A stretch of DNA of 58,725 nt from NCBI GenBank assembly GCA_037439545.1, contig JBBIVV010000014.1, positions 1-58,725 on the forward strand, read 5' to 3'. The notes below the pieces were generated by a model. It was not told where the DNA came from and ran no database searches. It worked only from the letters and a program-made list of their open reading frames with translations. A program made the translations under genes and the position numbers. Positions within the stretch are counted from its first letter, which is position 1; every line of letters starts with the position of its first letter. This DNA comes from a bacterium. Its GTDB lineage: Bacteria; JAMCPX01. Shown here one piece after another: positions 1 to 8,492 of this stretch.

Positions 1-121
1 GTACTTCAGGGCGGGCGAAACCTACCCTCGACTCTTAGCACCATGACATGAAAAAAATCATCATGAAAAAAGGTTGTTTATCGCTTTGGTATCGGTTAAG
101 AGAATAAGTTAAGGAGGAGTT

Positions 122-796
122 ATGAAGGATAGTTTTATGTATCGGGCTGCGGTGGTCGCGGTCGTTCTTGTTTTGGGTATAGGTGTATGGCTTTTTTCAA
201 AAGGAATAGGAGCGAAAATGGAAAAAGGATCGGCACAAAGGGCGGTGCAGGCACATCCTCAACCGGCAGGCGACCCTCCTCAGCTAAACATCGGAGAAAG
301 CCCTTATGAAGGAAAGAAGAATGCTCCGGTAACGATGATCGAATGCTCGGACTATCAGTGCCCGTTCTGTGCAAGATTTACCAATGGTGCGCTGAAGCAA
401 TTAAGGGATAATGAAATTAAGGAAGGGAAGGTTAAACTTGTGTTTAAAAACTTCCCACTGCCTTTCCATCAATATGCCGAAAAGGCAGCAGAAGCAGCAG
501 AGTGCGCGAACACGCAGGGAAAATTCTGGCAGATGCACAACCTTCTGTTCAATTCGGGTGGAAGACTGGATGTGGACAGCCTTAAATCTTATGCAAAACA
601 AATCGGGCTAAATTCAGAGAAATTTGATCGTTGTCTTGAAACCGGCGAGACGGCAGGAACGGTGCAGGCTGATAAATCAACATGTGCATCAGCAGGGGTA
701 TCTGGTACGCCGACGTTCTTTATCAACGGAAGGATGCTTGTGGGTGCCCAGCCGTATGAACAATTCAAAGATGCCATAGTGCAGGCAGAGAAATGA
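122..796 (+). CDS. DsbA-family thioredoxin-fold disulfide oxidoreductase with N-terminal membrane anchor
   Basis: SDYQCPFC active site, GVSGTPTFFING cis-Pro motif, hydrophobic N-terminus, AGGAGG SD upstream. Confidence 0.9.
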   Translation: MKDSFMYRAAVVAVVLVLGIGVWLFSKGIGAKMEKGSAQRAVQAHPQPAGDPPQLNIGESPYEGKKNAPVTMIECSDYQCPFCARFTNGALKQLRDNEIKEGKVKLVFKNFPLPFHQYAEKAAEAAECANTQGKFWQMHNLLFNSGGRLDVDSLKSYAKQIGLNSEKFDRCLETGETAGTVQADKSTCASAGVSGTPTFFINGRMLVGAQPYEQFKDAIVQAEK

Positions 797-1025
797 AACG
801 TACGTCGTTATTTGTCTTCGCAAATTAGAATGGCTCGATAGAAGGTTACCAGATAGATGTTGAGATCCCTGCTAATTGTCCGCCGCCACTCAATAACAAT
901 CGGGCTTATATCATCAAACAAGAAATTCGGAGATCCCGAAGACGAATGTACAGTACTGGGACCATTAAACTGGGGAGAATACAACATGTTTTATATGCGG
1001 CATCGGTAAAAATTTATTCAAAATG

Positions 1026-1111
1026 TAAACCCTGTTACACCTGTTTTCTTTCTCAAGCAGGCACTAACGCCGGATAAACCTAAAATATTTTGACAGGTGT
1101 AACGGGGTAAA
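1026..1111. repeat. Miniature palindromic element (terminal inverted repeat), family A
   Basis: CCCTGTTACACCTGT (1030-1044) pairs with ACAGGTGTAACGGGG (1093-1107) at 14/15; termini TAAACCCTGTT...ACGGGGTAAA match the element at 8308-8375. Confidence 0.65.
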
Positions 1112-1272
1112 CTCCGCGAAGGACCTTATTTTTTAGCTCAGGATAAATTCCACGAAAAACCCTTTGGGTTACATGCGTCTGCTATGCTTCAGGTTGATAA
1201 TTACCGGACAGTATTTTTTCAGCGGGATTTTTCAACGAGAAGCACGCCAGCAAACTTTCGTTTCAATGTTTA

Positions 1273-1302
1273 TTGACATCTTAATCAAAAAATATTTATA
1301 CC
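1273..1302 (+). promoter_or_regulatory. Putative sigma70 promoter of the acyl-CoA dehydrogenase operon
   Basis: Perfect TTGACA at 1273-1278; imperfect -10 (TATACC) 18 nt downstream; AAGGAGG SD before ATG 1326. Confidence 0.4.
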
Positions 1303-1325
1303 TCTGATATTATAAAGGAGGCTCT

Positions 1326-2423
1326 ATGGTGTCTTTTGAATTAAGCGAAGAACAAACGTTGTTGCGGGATACATGCAGGGATTTTGCTTTAACGATAATG
1401 CGCAAGCAGGACAGGCAGGCAGACGAATCAGGAGAGATACCTGCCGATATAGTAAAACAGGGTCATGAACTTGGATTGACAACCGGCTTTCTTCCGGAGG
1501 CTTACGGCGGATCAGGTGGCGAGCTCTCTGCCATGAATAGTGTTATCGTGTTTGAAGAGCTCGCGTACGGAAACCTTTCCATGACTCTGAATATTCTTGC
1601 ACCTTCTTTAATCAATATACCCCTTATGCTTTACGGCACTGAAGAACAGAAGAAGAAATACTTCACCATGAACAAGCAGGACAAGTTCCAGGGTTTTACC
1701 GCAGCATTGGTTGAGCCTTCCGTAAAGTTCGATGTTGAAGCATTAAAAACGACGGCAGCGGATGAAATAGACGATTTTGTCCTGAATGGCGAAAAAGCCT
1801 TTGTTGCCCTAGCGGATTCTGCGCTCGCAACACTCGTGTTTGCGAAAAAAGGCAGCGGTGAAGGACTTGCAGGCGTTGACGGATTCATACTGCCGGCAGG
1901 CGGCTTCACGGTGAAGGAGAGAGAGAAGAACCAGGGTTTGAGGGCACTCAAGCAGTTTACGATATCGCTCGAAGGAGCACGGGTGCCGCGTGAAGAAGTG
2001 ATTAAACTCTCCGGCGGGATTGTGAACCTGCTTGCCAGATCGAGAACAGCATCCATAGCTCTGACGACAGGCGTGTGCAGGGCTGCCTATGAATATGCAC
2101 TTGCCTATGCAAAAGAGCGTATAGCATTCGGCGAACCCATTGCTTCAAGGCAATCGGTCGCGTTTACGCTTGCAGAGATGGCGATCGAGATTGATGCCAT
2201 GAGGCTTATGGCATGGAAATCAGCATGGATGCTTGATAAAGGCATGGACGCATATAAAGAGGCATCCATGGGTAAGAGATACGCGGCGGATGCAGCCATG
2301 TTTGTAACGAGGAACGCAACGCAGATTCTCGGGGGACATGGTTTTGTAAGGGAACACCCTGTTGAAATGTGGTACAGGGACGCACGGTCGTTTGCCGTAT
2401 CAGAATTTATGGCGATAGTATAA
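1326..2423 (+). CDS. Acyl-CoA dehydrogenase family protein (FadE24-like subunit)
   Basis: FELSEEQ start, PEAYGGSG, LNGEKAFV, YAKERIAFGEPIA, QILGGHGFVREHPVEMWYRDAR. Confidence 0.92.
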   Translation: MVSFELSEEQTLLRDTCRDFALTIMRKQDRQADESGEIPADIVKQGHELGLTTGFLPEAYGGSGGELSAMNSVIVFEELAYGNLSMTLNILAPSLINIPLMLYGTEEQKKKYFTMNKQDKFQGFTAALVEPSVKFDVEALKTTAADEIDDFVLNGEKAFVALADSALATLVFAKKGSGEGLAGVDGFILPAGGFTVKEREKNQGLRALKQFTISLEGARVPREEVIKLSGGIVNLLARSRTASIALTTGVCRAAYEYALAYAKERIAFGEPIASRQSVAFTLAEMAIEIDAMRLMAWKSAWMLDKGMDAYKEASMGKRYAADAAMFVTRNATQILGGHGFVREHPVEMWYRDARSFAVSEFMAIV

Positions 2424-2433
2424 GGAGGCTTAA

Positions 2434-3672
2434 ATGATAGAATTTGAACTTACACCTTTTATGAAAATGGCGAGGGAATTCACGCATAATTATGCACGGG
2501 ACGTTATGAGACCTATCGCAAGAAAATATGACGAGGAAGAGCATAAGGAGCCTACGGAGTTCATACAGAAGACCCACGAGATGTTTTCATCGCTCGGTTT
2601 CAGCTTCTCTACCGCAAAAGCGAGCGAAGATAAAGAGGAAAAACCGGAACATAAAGAAAAACATGACAGACCAAAAATGGAAATGAACCTGCTGGGCGCT
2701 ATGGCGGTTGAGGAACTTGCATGGGGATGCCCCGGACTTACACTCAGAATACCGGGTCCCGGACTTGGGGGCGCAGCAATAATGGCAGCAGGCACACCGG
2801 AGCAGAAGAAGAGGTTTATGAAGATCCTCGCAGGCACCAAGCCAAGCTATGGTGCCATGGCACTTACAGAGCCCGGTTTCGGCTCGGATGCGTCCGCAGT
2901 GGCTACGACCGCGGTAAAGGACGGTGATTACTATATCATCAACGGAACAAAGATCTTTGTAACAGGCGGCGACATGGCAGACCTCTATGTCGTATGGGCA
3001 ACACTCGGCAAAGACCTCGGCAGGGCAGGTATCAAGGCTTTTGTCGTTGAAAAAGGGACACCCGGTCTGAAGATGACAAGGCTTGAACATAAGCTCGGCA
3101 TACGGGCTTCGGACACGGCTGAAGTAGTGCTTGAAGACTGCCGTGTGCATAAAGACAACCTCCTTGGCGGCGAGAAGAAAGAGGAAAAAGGATTTAAGGG
3201 TGCAATGCAGACCTTCGATGCGACAAGGCCAATGGTCGCTGCAATGGCTACGGGAATAGCACGGGCTGCTTTCGACTATATATACGACGATTTTGTTACC
3301 AAGGGAGGGCTTGAGATTAATTATGGTAAACCTCTGCACAGAAGAGGATATGTAGAAACGGTGATTGAAGATATAGAGGCAAAGCTGAATGCCGCAAGGC
3401 TTCTTACATGGAAAGCTGCATGGATGCTCGACCATGGACTCCCGAACCTGAAAGAGGCATCCATGGCAAAGGCAAAGGCAGGTACGGTTGTCGATGAGAT
3501 TACCCAGAAATCGATAGAACTTTATGGACCCGAGGGGTATTCGAGGAGACACCTGCTCGAGAAATGGATGAGGGACGCGAAGGTATATGATGTGTTCGAA
3601 GGCACAGGTCAGGTTCAGAGGCTCGTTGTTGCAAGGGCGATCCTCGATTATACAAGAAAAGAATTAAAATAG
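2434..3672 (+). CDS. Acyl-CoA dehydrogenase family protein (FadE23-like catalytic subunit)
   Basis: ALTEPGFGSDA, INGTKIFVT, KLGIRASDTAE, RDAKVYDVFEGTGQVQR with catalytic Glu. Confidence 0.93.
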   Translation: MIEFELTPFMKMAREFTHNYARDVMRPIARKYDEEEHKEPTEFIQKTHEMFSSLGFSFSTAKASEDKEEKPEHKEKHDRPKMEMNLLGAMAVEELAWGCPGLTLRIPGPGLGGAAIMAAGTPEQKKRFMKILAGTKPSYGAMALTEPGFGSDASAVATTAVKDGDYYIINGTKIFVTGGDMADLYVVWATLGKDLGRAGIKAFVVEKGTPGLKMTRLEHKLGIRASDTAEVVLEDCRVHKDNLLGGEKKEEKGFKGAMQTFDATRPMVAAMATGIARAAFDYIYDDFVTKGGLEINYGKPLHRRGYVETVIEDIEAKLNAARLLTWKAAWMLDHGLPNLKEASMAKAKAGTVVDEITQKSIELYGPEGYSRRHLLEKWMRDAKVYDVFEGTGQVQRLVVARAILDYTRKELK

Positions 3673-3681
3673 GAGACAGTT

Positions 3682-3936
3682 ATGTCGGCTACATATAATG
3701 ATTGGGACAAACTTGACGATCTGTCAAAGGACCTTGACAGGGCAAGGACGTCATTGACAGAGGAGCTTGATGCAATAGACTGGTATCAGCAAAGGATAGC
3801 AGCATCGAAAAATCCTGAGTTAAAACACATACTGGAGCATAATAGGGATGAGGAGAAAGAGCACGCCGCAATGCTGATGGAGTGGATACGCAAGCACGAT
3901 CCTGCGCAGGACAAGGCATTCAAAAAGCACGATTAA
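3682..3936 (+). CDS. Encapsulin-associated-type ferritin-like protein (EncFtn family), no C-terminal extension
   Basis: EELDAIDWYQQR and HNRDEEKEHAAMLMEW ferroxidase motifs; GGAG SD. Confidence 0.88.
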   Translation: MSATYNDWDKLDDLSKDLDRARTSLTEELDAIDWYQQRIAASKNPELKHILEHNRDEEKEHAAMLMEWIRKHDPAQDKAFKKHD

Positions 3937-4004
3937 CGAAAATACATTGAGCGTGGTCATCGTCTCCGGCTGATCACGATGAGTTATTGTGCAAAGAGCG
4001 TCTG

Positions 4005-4964
4005 TTATACCCGTCTGGTCTTCCAGTCTGCGTATGTCTGGGCCAGGCCCTGTTCAAGGGAGATCCGAGTCGTGAGTCCGAGCATGCTCCTTGCCTTTGC
4101 AGTATCGTAGGTATGATACCTTTCGAAGAACTTCGCCTTATTGGTAAACGGCTTTTTGCCGCTTAAAAGGAAGGGCAGATCAGCGGCTGTAGTGATTGGC
4201 AAGAGGAGCCACATCGGTATTCGGATTATCACGCCTTTGCGGGAAATTTTCTTTATGAGCCGGTAAAGGCTTATCATCTCTATAGCTTCATCGGATGATA
4301 CATTGAATGTATCGTTATAGGCCCGGTCATTGTTGATTAAGGATGCCAGAAAATCCGTAAGGTCATCGACATGGATCAACTGCCATTTTACGGATCCTTC
4401 GCCGACTATGGGCAATATGCCAATTTCAGCCAATTTAAAAGCTTGTGACAGCGCGTGCGGTTCCCCGGGACCGTATACTGCCGATGGCCTTATAACGGAT
4501 ATTTTCAATCCATCCTTCATAGAGCTCATGACCGCTTTTTCCGCCTCTATCTTTGATCTGCCGTAATCATTGTAAGCGCTGTAGGGCAGGTCTTCTTTGA
4601 GAGGGTAGGGACCGTCATTGCCGCTGATGACCGCTATCGAGCTCAGGTAGACCATCCTGTTTATTTTAAGCTGTCTGACGGTCTTGCATACAGACTCTGT
4701 GCCCCGGACATTGACATCCATCATCGCCTTTCTTCCGCCGTTGACGATAGCCGCACAGTGATAGACCAGGTCGCATCCCTGAAAGGTTTGTGCAAGGGCA
4801 GATGTGTCGCGTATGTCACCGTATACTTTCTGGATGCCGGTGCCGAGGAGAGAAGACTTTTCAGGAGAATGCACGAGCCCCGATACCGTATGCCCCTGTC
4901 CCGCAAGTTTTGAAGCAAGGACACGCCCTATAAACCCTGTTACCCCGGTAATGGCAATCTTCAT
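4005..4964 (-). CDS. NAD-dependent epimerase/dehydratase (extended SDR)
   Basis: TGVTGFIG Rossmann motif, YGRSK catalytic motif, RPSAVYGPG. Confidence 0.9.
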   Translation of the reverse strand: MKIAITGVTGFIGRVLASKLAGQGHTVSGLVHSPEKSSLLGTGIQKVYGDIRDTSALAQTFQGCDLVYHCAAIVNGGRKAMMDVNVRGTESVCKTVRQLKINRMVYLSSIAVISGNDGPYPLKEDLPYSAYNDYGRSKIEAEKAVMSSMKDGLKISVIRPSAVYGPGEPHALSQAFKLAEIGILPIVGEGSVKWQLIHVDDLTDFLASLINNDRAYNDTFNVSSDEAIEMISLYRLIKKISRKGVIIRIPMWLLLPITTAADLPFLLSGKKPFTNKAKFFERYHTYDTAKARSMLGLTTRISLEQGLAQTYADWKTRRV

Positions 4965-5004
4965 AATGCGATCATGGTGACAAGCTGCGGGTAACTATTT
5001 AGCA

Positions 5005-5061
5005 GTAGGCCGGGCATCCTGCACGGCATGAAGCAGGTTACGGACAGGGTACCCGTGATAC
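5005..5061. repeat. Decayed GTAG-type REP doublet (REPIN-like)
   Basis: GTAG+GCCGGGCA-TCC-TGCACGGC hairpin, then an inverted related copy whose reverse complement reads GTAT+CACGGGTA-CCC-TGTCCGT. Confidence 0.55.
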
Positions 5062-5146
5062 GAGAGATTGATTTTTTTGTTTGCTTTTTTCTATCCATAC
5101 TTTTGTGTCATACTATTCATTGGTTAATCAGGGCAGAAGTTATCCA

Positions 5147-6616
5147 TCATTCTGCCGGTTGAAATTGTGCAAGCACGGCTTCAAGGTGCTTTGTGTCAAG
5201 GGGCTTGTCTTTCAATTCCGCCCTGTTTGCAATATGCCCGAATGTCGTTTCAAGAAAGATCTTAAAGTTATGTATGGACTTTCTCAATTCGATGAACTTG
5301 AACTTATTGAGCAGGTCATCGTCTCTATAAGCGCTGAGACTGTCAAAAAACCTTTCAAATTCCTCGTGGTCGCTGAATCTGACAAGGGAAAAGCTTATAT
5401 CCTGAAAATAATAGATGTATTCCCTCACCATATTAAATAATGCACGCGGCGTATGGCCATGCGTTGTGCCGTTCTCCGTGGAGCTTCCTTCAAAAAACTC
5501 AAGGACTTGCTTGAAAAGCCAGATGTCCTCTCTCAATCTTAAGGACTGTTCTATCTTGGAAACGAAGTCCGGGAATATCTCGTTGCCCTTCAATGAAGGG
5601 TCAAACTTATGGGCAATGAGTATGATGGATTGCTGTATGAAGTTTCCAAGGATCCCTTTTGCCGAATCAATGGCAGCCCTCAGCTTCAGCAGGTTCCCTA
5701 TCTCTCCTGCATCCTTGAGTATCTGCCCGAAGACCTTTCTTATCTCTATACTAAGCTGGAAGGATAACGAGTCTATGGTCGTGATGATACTGGAGTCATA
5801 GGTATGATTCGATTTTTGTTTCAGAAACTCATCATCCAGGAACTTGGTCAGCACCTTTGCTTCTGCATGGATCAAAGTGAAGAGAAGCAGTGTTGCCCTG
5901 AGCTCTTCGATGTCCTCGGATTCATTGTTTATATACCTCAGATACCTGAGCAATTTAAATAAAGAGAGCACTACAATGGATATCTTCAATCTGAGGTTCT
6001 CGTTGTTGATACCGTTGATTAGGGTCCGGATGTGATGATCGTGTATCTTGTCGAACCGCTCGAGGAATGGTTCAAGTTTCAATGGATTGAAATATTTATT
6101 GATTGAAATCTCCCTGCTTGTAAGCTGGCCAAGATTGCTGTACATGCTGTATGAAACCTTTTTACTGTGCGCCACTGCTTCATAAAGAGAGCCGAGATTC
6201 AGGAATGTTATGTACAGCAGGTATAAGCTGTCCCTTGGAGATGATTGATTCAGGTATATCTCTATGATCCTGTCCCTTGCGTAGTCCGCAAGCAGGCGGT
6301 TTTCTACATAGGCCTGGAAGTAAAACACATTGGCCGATTTATCGACAAGCAGCAGCCGTATGATTGACACAATCCTCTTTGCAGCGCCTGAAAGTATTTT
6401 TATCTCGTTGTAAAAGTTCTTTGATATGATCTGTTCTTTGTTCGAGAGCGGGAGGTTGTCGATATTAAAGAACCTCTCTGATGCTTTCAAAAGCATTTCG
6501 AGCTCTGACAAGAGCCTGTCTTTGCCGTCAATCCTGAGTGTCTCGAGCCATTTGTCCCGCTCTATCGACAGCAGCCTTTTCATCGTGTATTCGTTTTTAG
6601 TATCCATAATGCTCAT
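5147..6616 (-). CDS. Hypothetical protein, probably all-alpha-helical, 489 aa
   Basis: Long ORF overlapping the gpsA 3' end; amphipathic helical pattern; no recognisable motif. Confidence 0.8.
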   Translation of the reverse strand: MSIMDTKNEYTMKRLLSIERDKWLETLRIDGKDRLLSELEMLLKASERFFNIDNLPLSNKEQIISKNFYNEIKILSGAAKRIVSIIRLLLVDKSANVFYFQAYVENRLLADYARDRIIEIYLNQSSPRDSLYLLYITFLNLGSLYEAVAHSKKVSYSMYSNLGQLTSREISINKYFNPLKLEPFLERFDKIHDHHIRTLINGINNENLRLKISIVVLSLFKLLRYLRYINNESEDIEELRATLLLFTLIHAEAKVLTKFLDDEFLKQKSNHTYDSSIITTIDSLSFQLSIEIRKVFGQILKDAGEIGNLLKLRAAIDSAKGILGNFIQQSIILIAHKFDPSLKGNEIFPDFVSKIEQSLRLREDIWLFKQVLEFFEGSSTENGTTHGHTPRALFNMVREYIYYFQDISFSLVRFSDHEEFERFFDSLSAYRDDDLLNKFKFIELRKSIHNFKIFLETTFGHIANRAELKDKPLDTKHLEAVLAQFQPAE

Positions 6617-7604
6617 CTTTCAGCGTCCTGTTGAGCAGGGATTTGATGGATTCCCTTGCATCCTTGCCTCTATGAATGATCTCATATATTTCAGCGGATA
6701 CCGGCATGTCAATACCGGATTTATCTGCAAGCAGTTTGACCGATAATGATGTCTGCACACCCTCTGCCACCATGATCATGCTGTTGAGAATATCTTTTAT
6801 ATGCTCGCCTTTGCCTATCCTGAACCCGACTGTCCTGTTTCTGCTTTGTTCGTCCGTTGATGTGAGAACTAAATCCCCCAGTCCGGACAAGCCGGAAAAA
6901 GTTTCTTTCTTTGCGCCCATTTTTACGCCGAGTCTTGTTATCTCGGCAAGCCCTCTTGTGATAAGGGAAGCCCGTGCGCTCTTACCTATTCCTGCACCAT
7001 CGCATATGCCTGCCGCTATTGCTATTACATTCTTCAGACTGCCTCCAAGCTCCACGCCGGTCATATCATCCGCTGCGTAGAGCCTCAATGATTTTGCATT
7101 AAGCATGTATTGCAGTTCACGTGCAAGTCGTATGTCATCCGCCGCAATAGTTACTGCTGCCGGCATGCCCGCTACAACCTCTTTTGCAAAACTCGGGCCC
7201 GAAAGTGCCGCACAGACAGCATCGGTGCCGAGCACATCTTTTATAATCTCGGAAGGCTTCATAAGGGTTGAGGTTTCTATGCCCTTGATCGCACTGACGA
7301 TAACAGCCCCCTGTCCCATGTACGGTGCCGCGGATATCAGGACACTCCTCATAAATTGTGACGGTACGACAAGAAATACGATCTTCTGTCCTGCCAGGGT
7401 GTCCTCGAAATTGTTCAATGACTCTATATTTTCAGAGAGCGTGATGCCGGGTAGAAACCTGCCGTTGGTATGCTGCGTATTGATCTCATCACACAACAGC
7501 TGCCTTCGTGCCCATAAGAAAACACGGTAACCGTTGTTCGCCATGACCTGAGAGAGAGCAGTTCCCCAGCTCCCTGCCCCTATTACTGCAAGTTTCTTGT
7601 CCAT
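6597..7604 (-). CDS. gpsA: NAD(P)H-dependent glycerol-3-phosphate dehydrogenase
   Basis: GAGSWGTAL, LSGPSFAKEV, GVELGGSLKNVIAIAAG, GLSGLGDLVLT, SRNR; start moved from 7664 to ATG 7604 (MDKKLAVIG). Confidence 0.95.
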   Translation of the reverse strand: MDKKLAVIGAGSWGTALSQVMANNGYRVFLWARRQLLCDEINTQHTNGRFLPGITLSENIESLNNFEDTLAGQKIVFLVVPSQFMRSVLISAAPYMGQGAVIVSAIKGIETSTLMKPSEIIKDVLGTDAVCAALSGPSFAKEVVAGMPAAVTIAADDIRLARELQYMLNAKSLRLYAADDMTGVELGGSLKNVIAIAAGICDGAGIGKSARASLITRGLAEITRLGVKMGAKKETFSGLSGLGDLVLTSTDEQSRNRTVGFRIGKGEHIKDILNSMIMVAEGVQTSLSVKLLADKSGIDMPVSAEIYEIIHRGKDARESIKSLLNRTLKDEHYGY

Positions 7605-7692
7605 TCTTGCACTCTTGCTCCTTCGTATGGAATTTAAAATGGAGAGGCAGTCCAGCCTCTCCATTCTCTCATCATTCTTTCGTCCGTTCGGC

Positions 7693-8295
7693 TCACTCTG
7701 TCGATCTCACATTGAGGTGCTCTGTCTCGTACTGCTCCATGGCTTTCAGTGCTTCTTTTGCATCGTTCGTCATGATAATAAGGCTGTGCGTCTGCCCTTT
7801 GAGATCTATTATCTGATTCTTGAGCTCGGCCTCCTGCACAAATCCGAGTTTTTCGAACACCTTTATCGCACCCAATTGATCCGCCGCCATCTCTGCGGTG
7901 ATCTTCAGAAGCTTTCTTTCATGCGCATGTATAAATATCTCTTTTGACAATGCAAAACCGACGCCTTTGCTGCGGTATGCACGCGCAACCACGATTCGTA
8001 TTTCTCCTATGTGTCTTGTCCATCCATAGTCTTTCGTATGAAGGGTAGCATCACCAATGATCTTGTTGCTGCCGTCGAATGCAAGCAAGGATAAGACCGT
8101 ATTTGAATCGAGATTTTTTGCCCATTGCTCTATGACTTTTTTATCCGCAACATCGTGCTTGAGAAACAGTCTGTCTTCTTCCGGTATGTGCTTGAAGAAA
8201 TCATGTAATGCGTTAACATCATTCTTCGCCATAGGCCTGATTGTTATTATGGACCCGTCTTTGAGAGTGTACTTCTTTAAAAAGTTTTTATTCAT
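7693..8295 (-). CDS. GNAT family N-acetyltransferase
   Basis: LKDGSIITIRPM N-terminus, VARAYRSKGVG acetyl-CoA motif A, AIKVFEKLGF; AAGGAGG SD. Confidence 0.88.
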   Translation of the reverse strand: MNKNFLKKYTLKDGSIITIRPMAKNDVNALHDFFKHIPEEDRLFLKHDVADKKVIEQWAKNLDSNTVLSLLAFDGSNKIIGDATLHTKDYGWTRHIGEIRIVVARAYRSKGVGFALSKEIFIHAHERKLLKITAEMAADQLGAIKVFEKLGFVQEAELKNQIIDLKGQTHSLIIMTNDAKEALKAMEQYETEHLNVRSTE

Positions 8296-8307
8296 GGTAC
8301 CCTCCTT

Positions 8308-8375
8308 TTTATCCCGTGAGAGGAGGCCGCCGCCGGCATAAGCCGTGAGAGGACGAAGTTCTCGAACGGGATTTA
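8308..8375. repeat. Miniature palindromic element, family A (opposite orientation to 1026-1111)
   Basis: Minus strand reads TAAATCCCGTT...ACGGGATAAA; internal direct repeat CCGTGAGAGGA at 8314-8324 and 8343-8353. Confidence 0.6.
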
Positions 8376-8492
8376 CGGACTTATTATCCTACGGAAGGCA
8401 AGGAAAAGCAAGCCTTATAATAGGCCGTATAATCGACAGGGTGAGGAATTAAAGAATAGCCTTATCCTGAAGATTCTGGTAAATAGTTCCTC

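Noticed and set aside
2587..3552. 321-aa antisense ORF, and the many other antisense or alternate-frame ORFs in the track
   Set aside because: They lie over well-supported genes, show no motifs, and are explained as codon-bias shadows
3952..3979. CGTGGTCA/TGATCACG hairpin between the convergent ferritin and epimerase genes
   Set aside because: Imperfect stem, long loop and no U-tract; too weak to call a terminator
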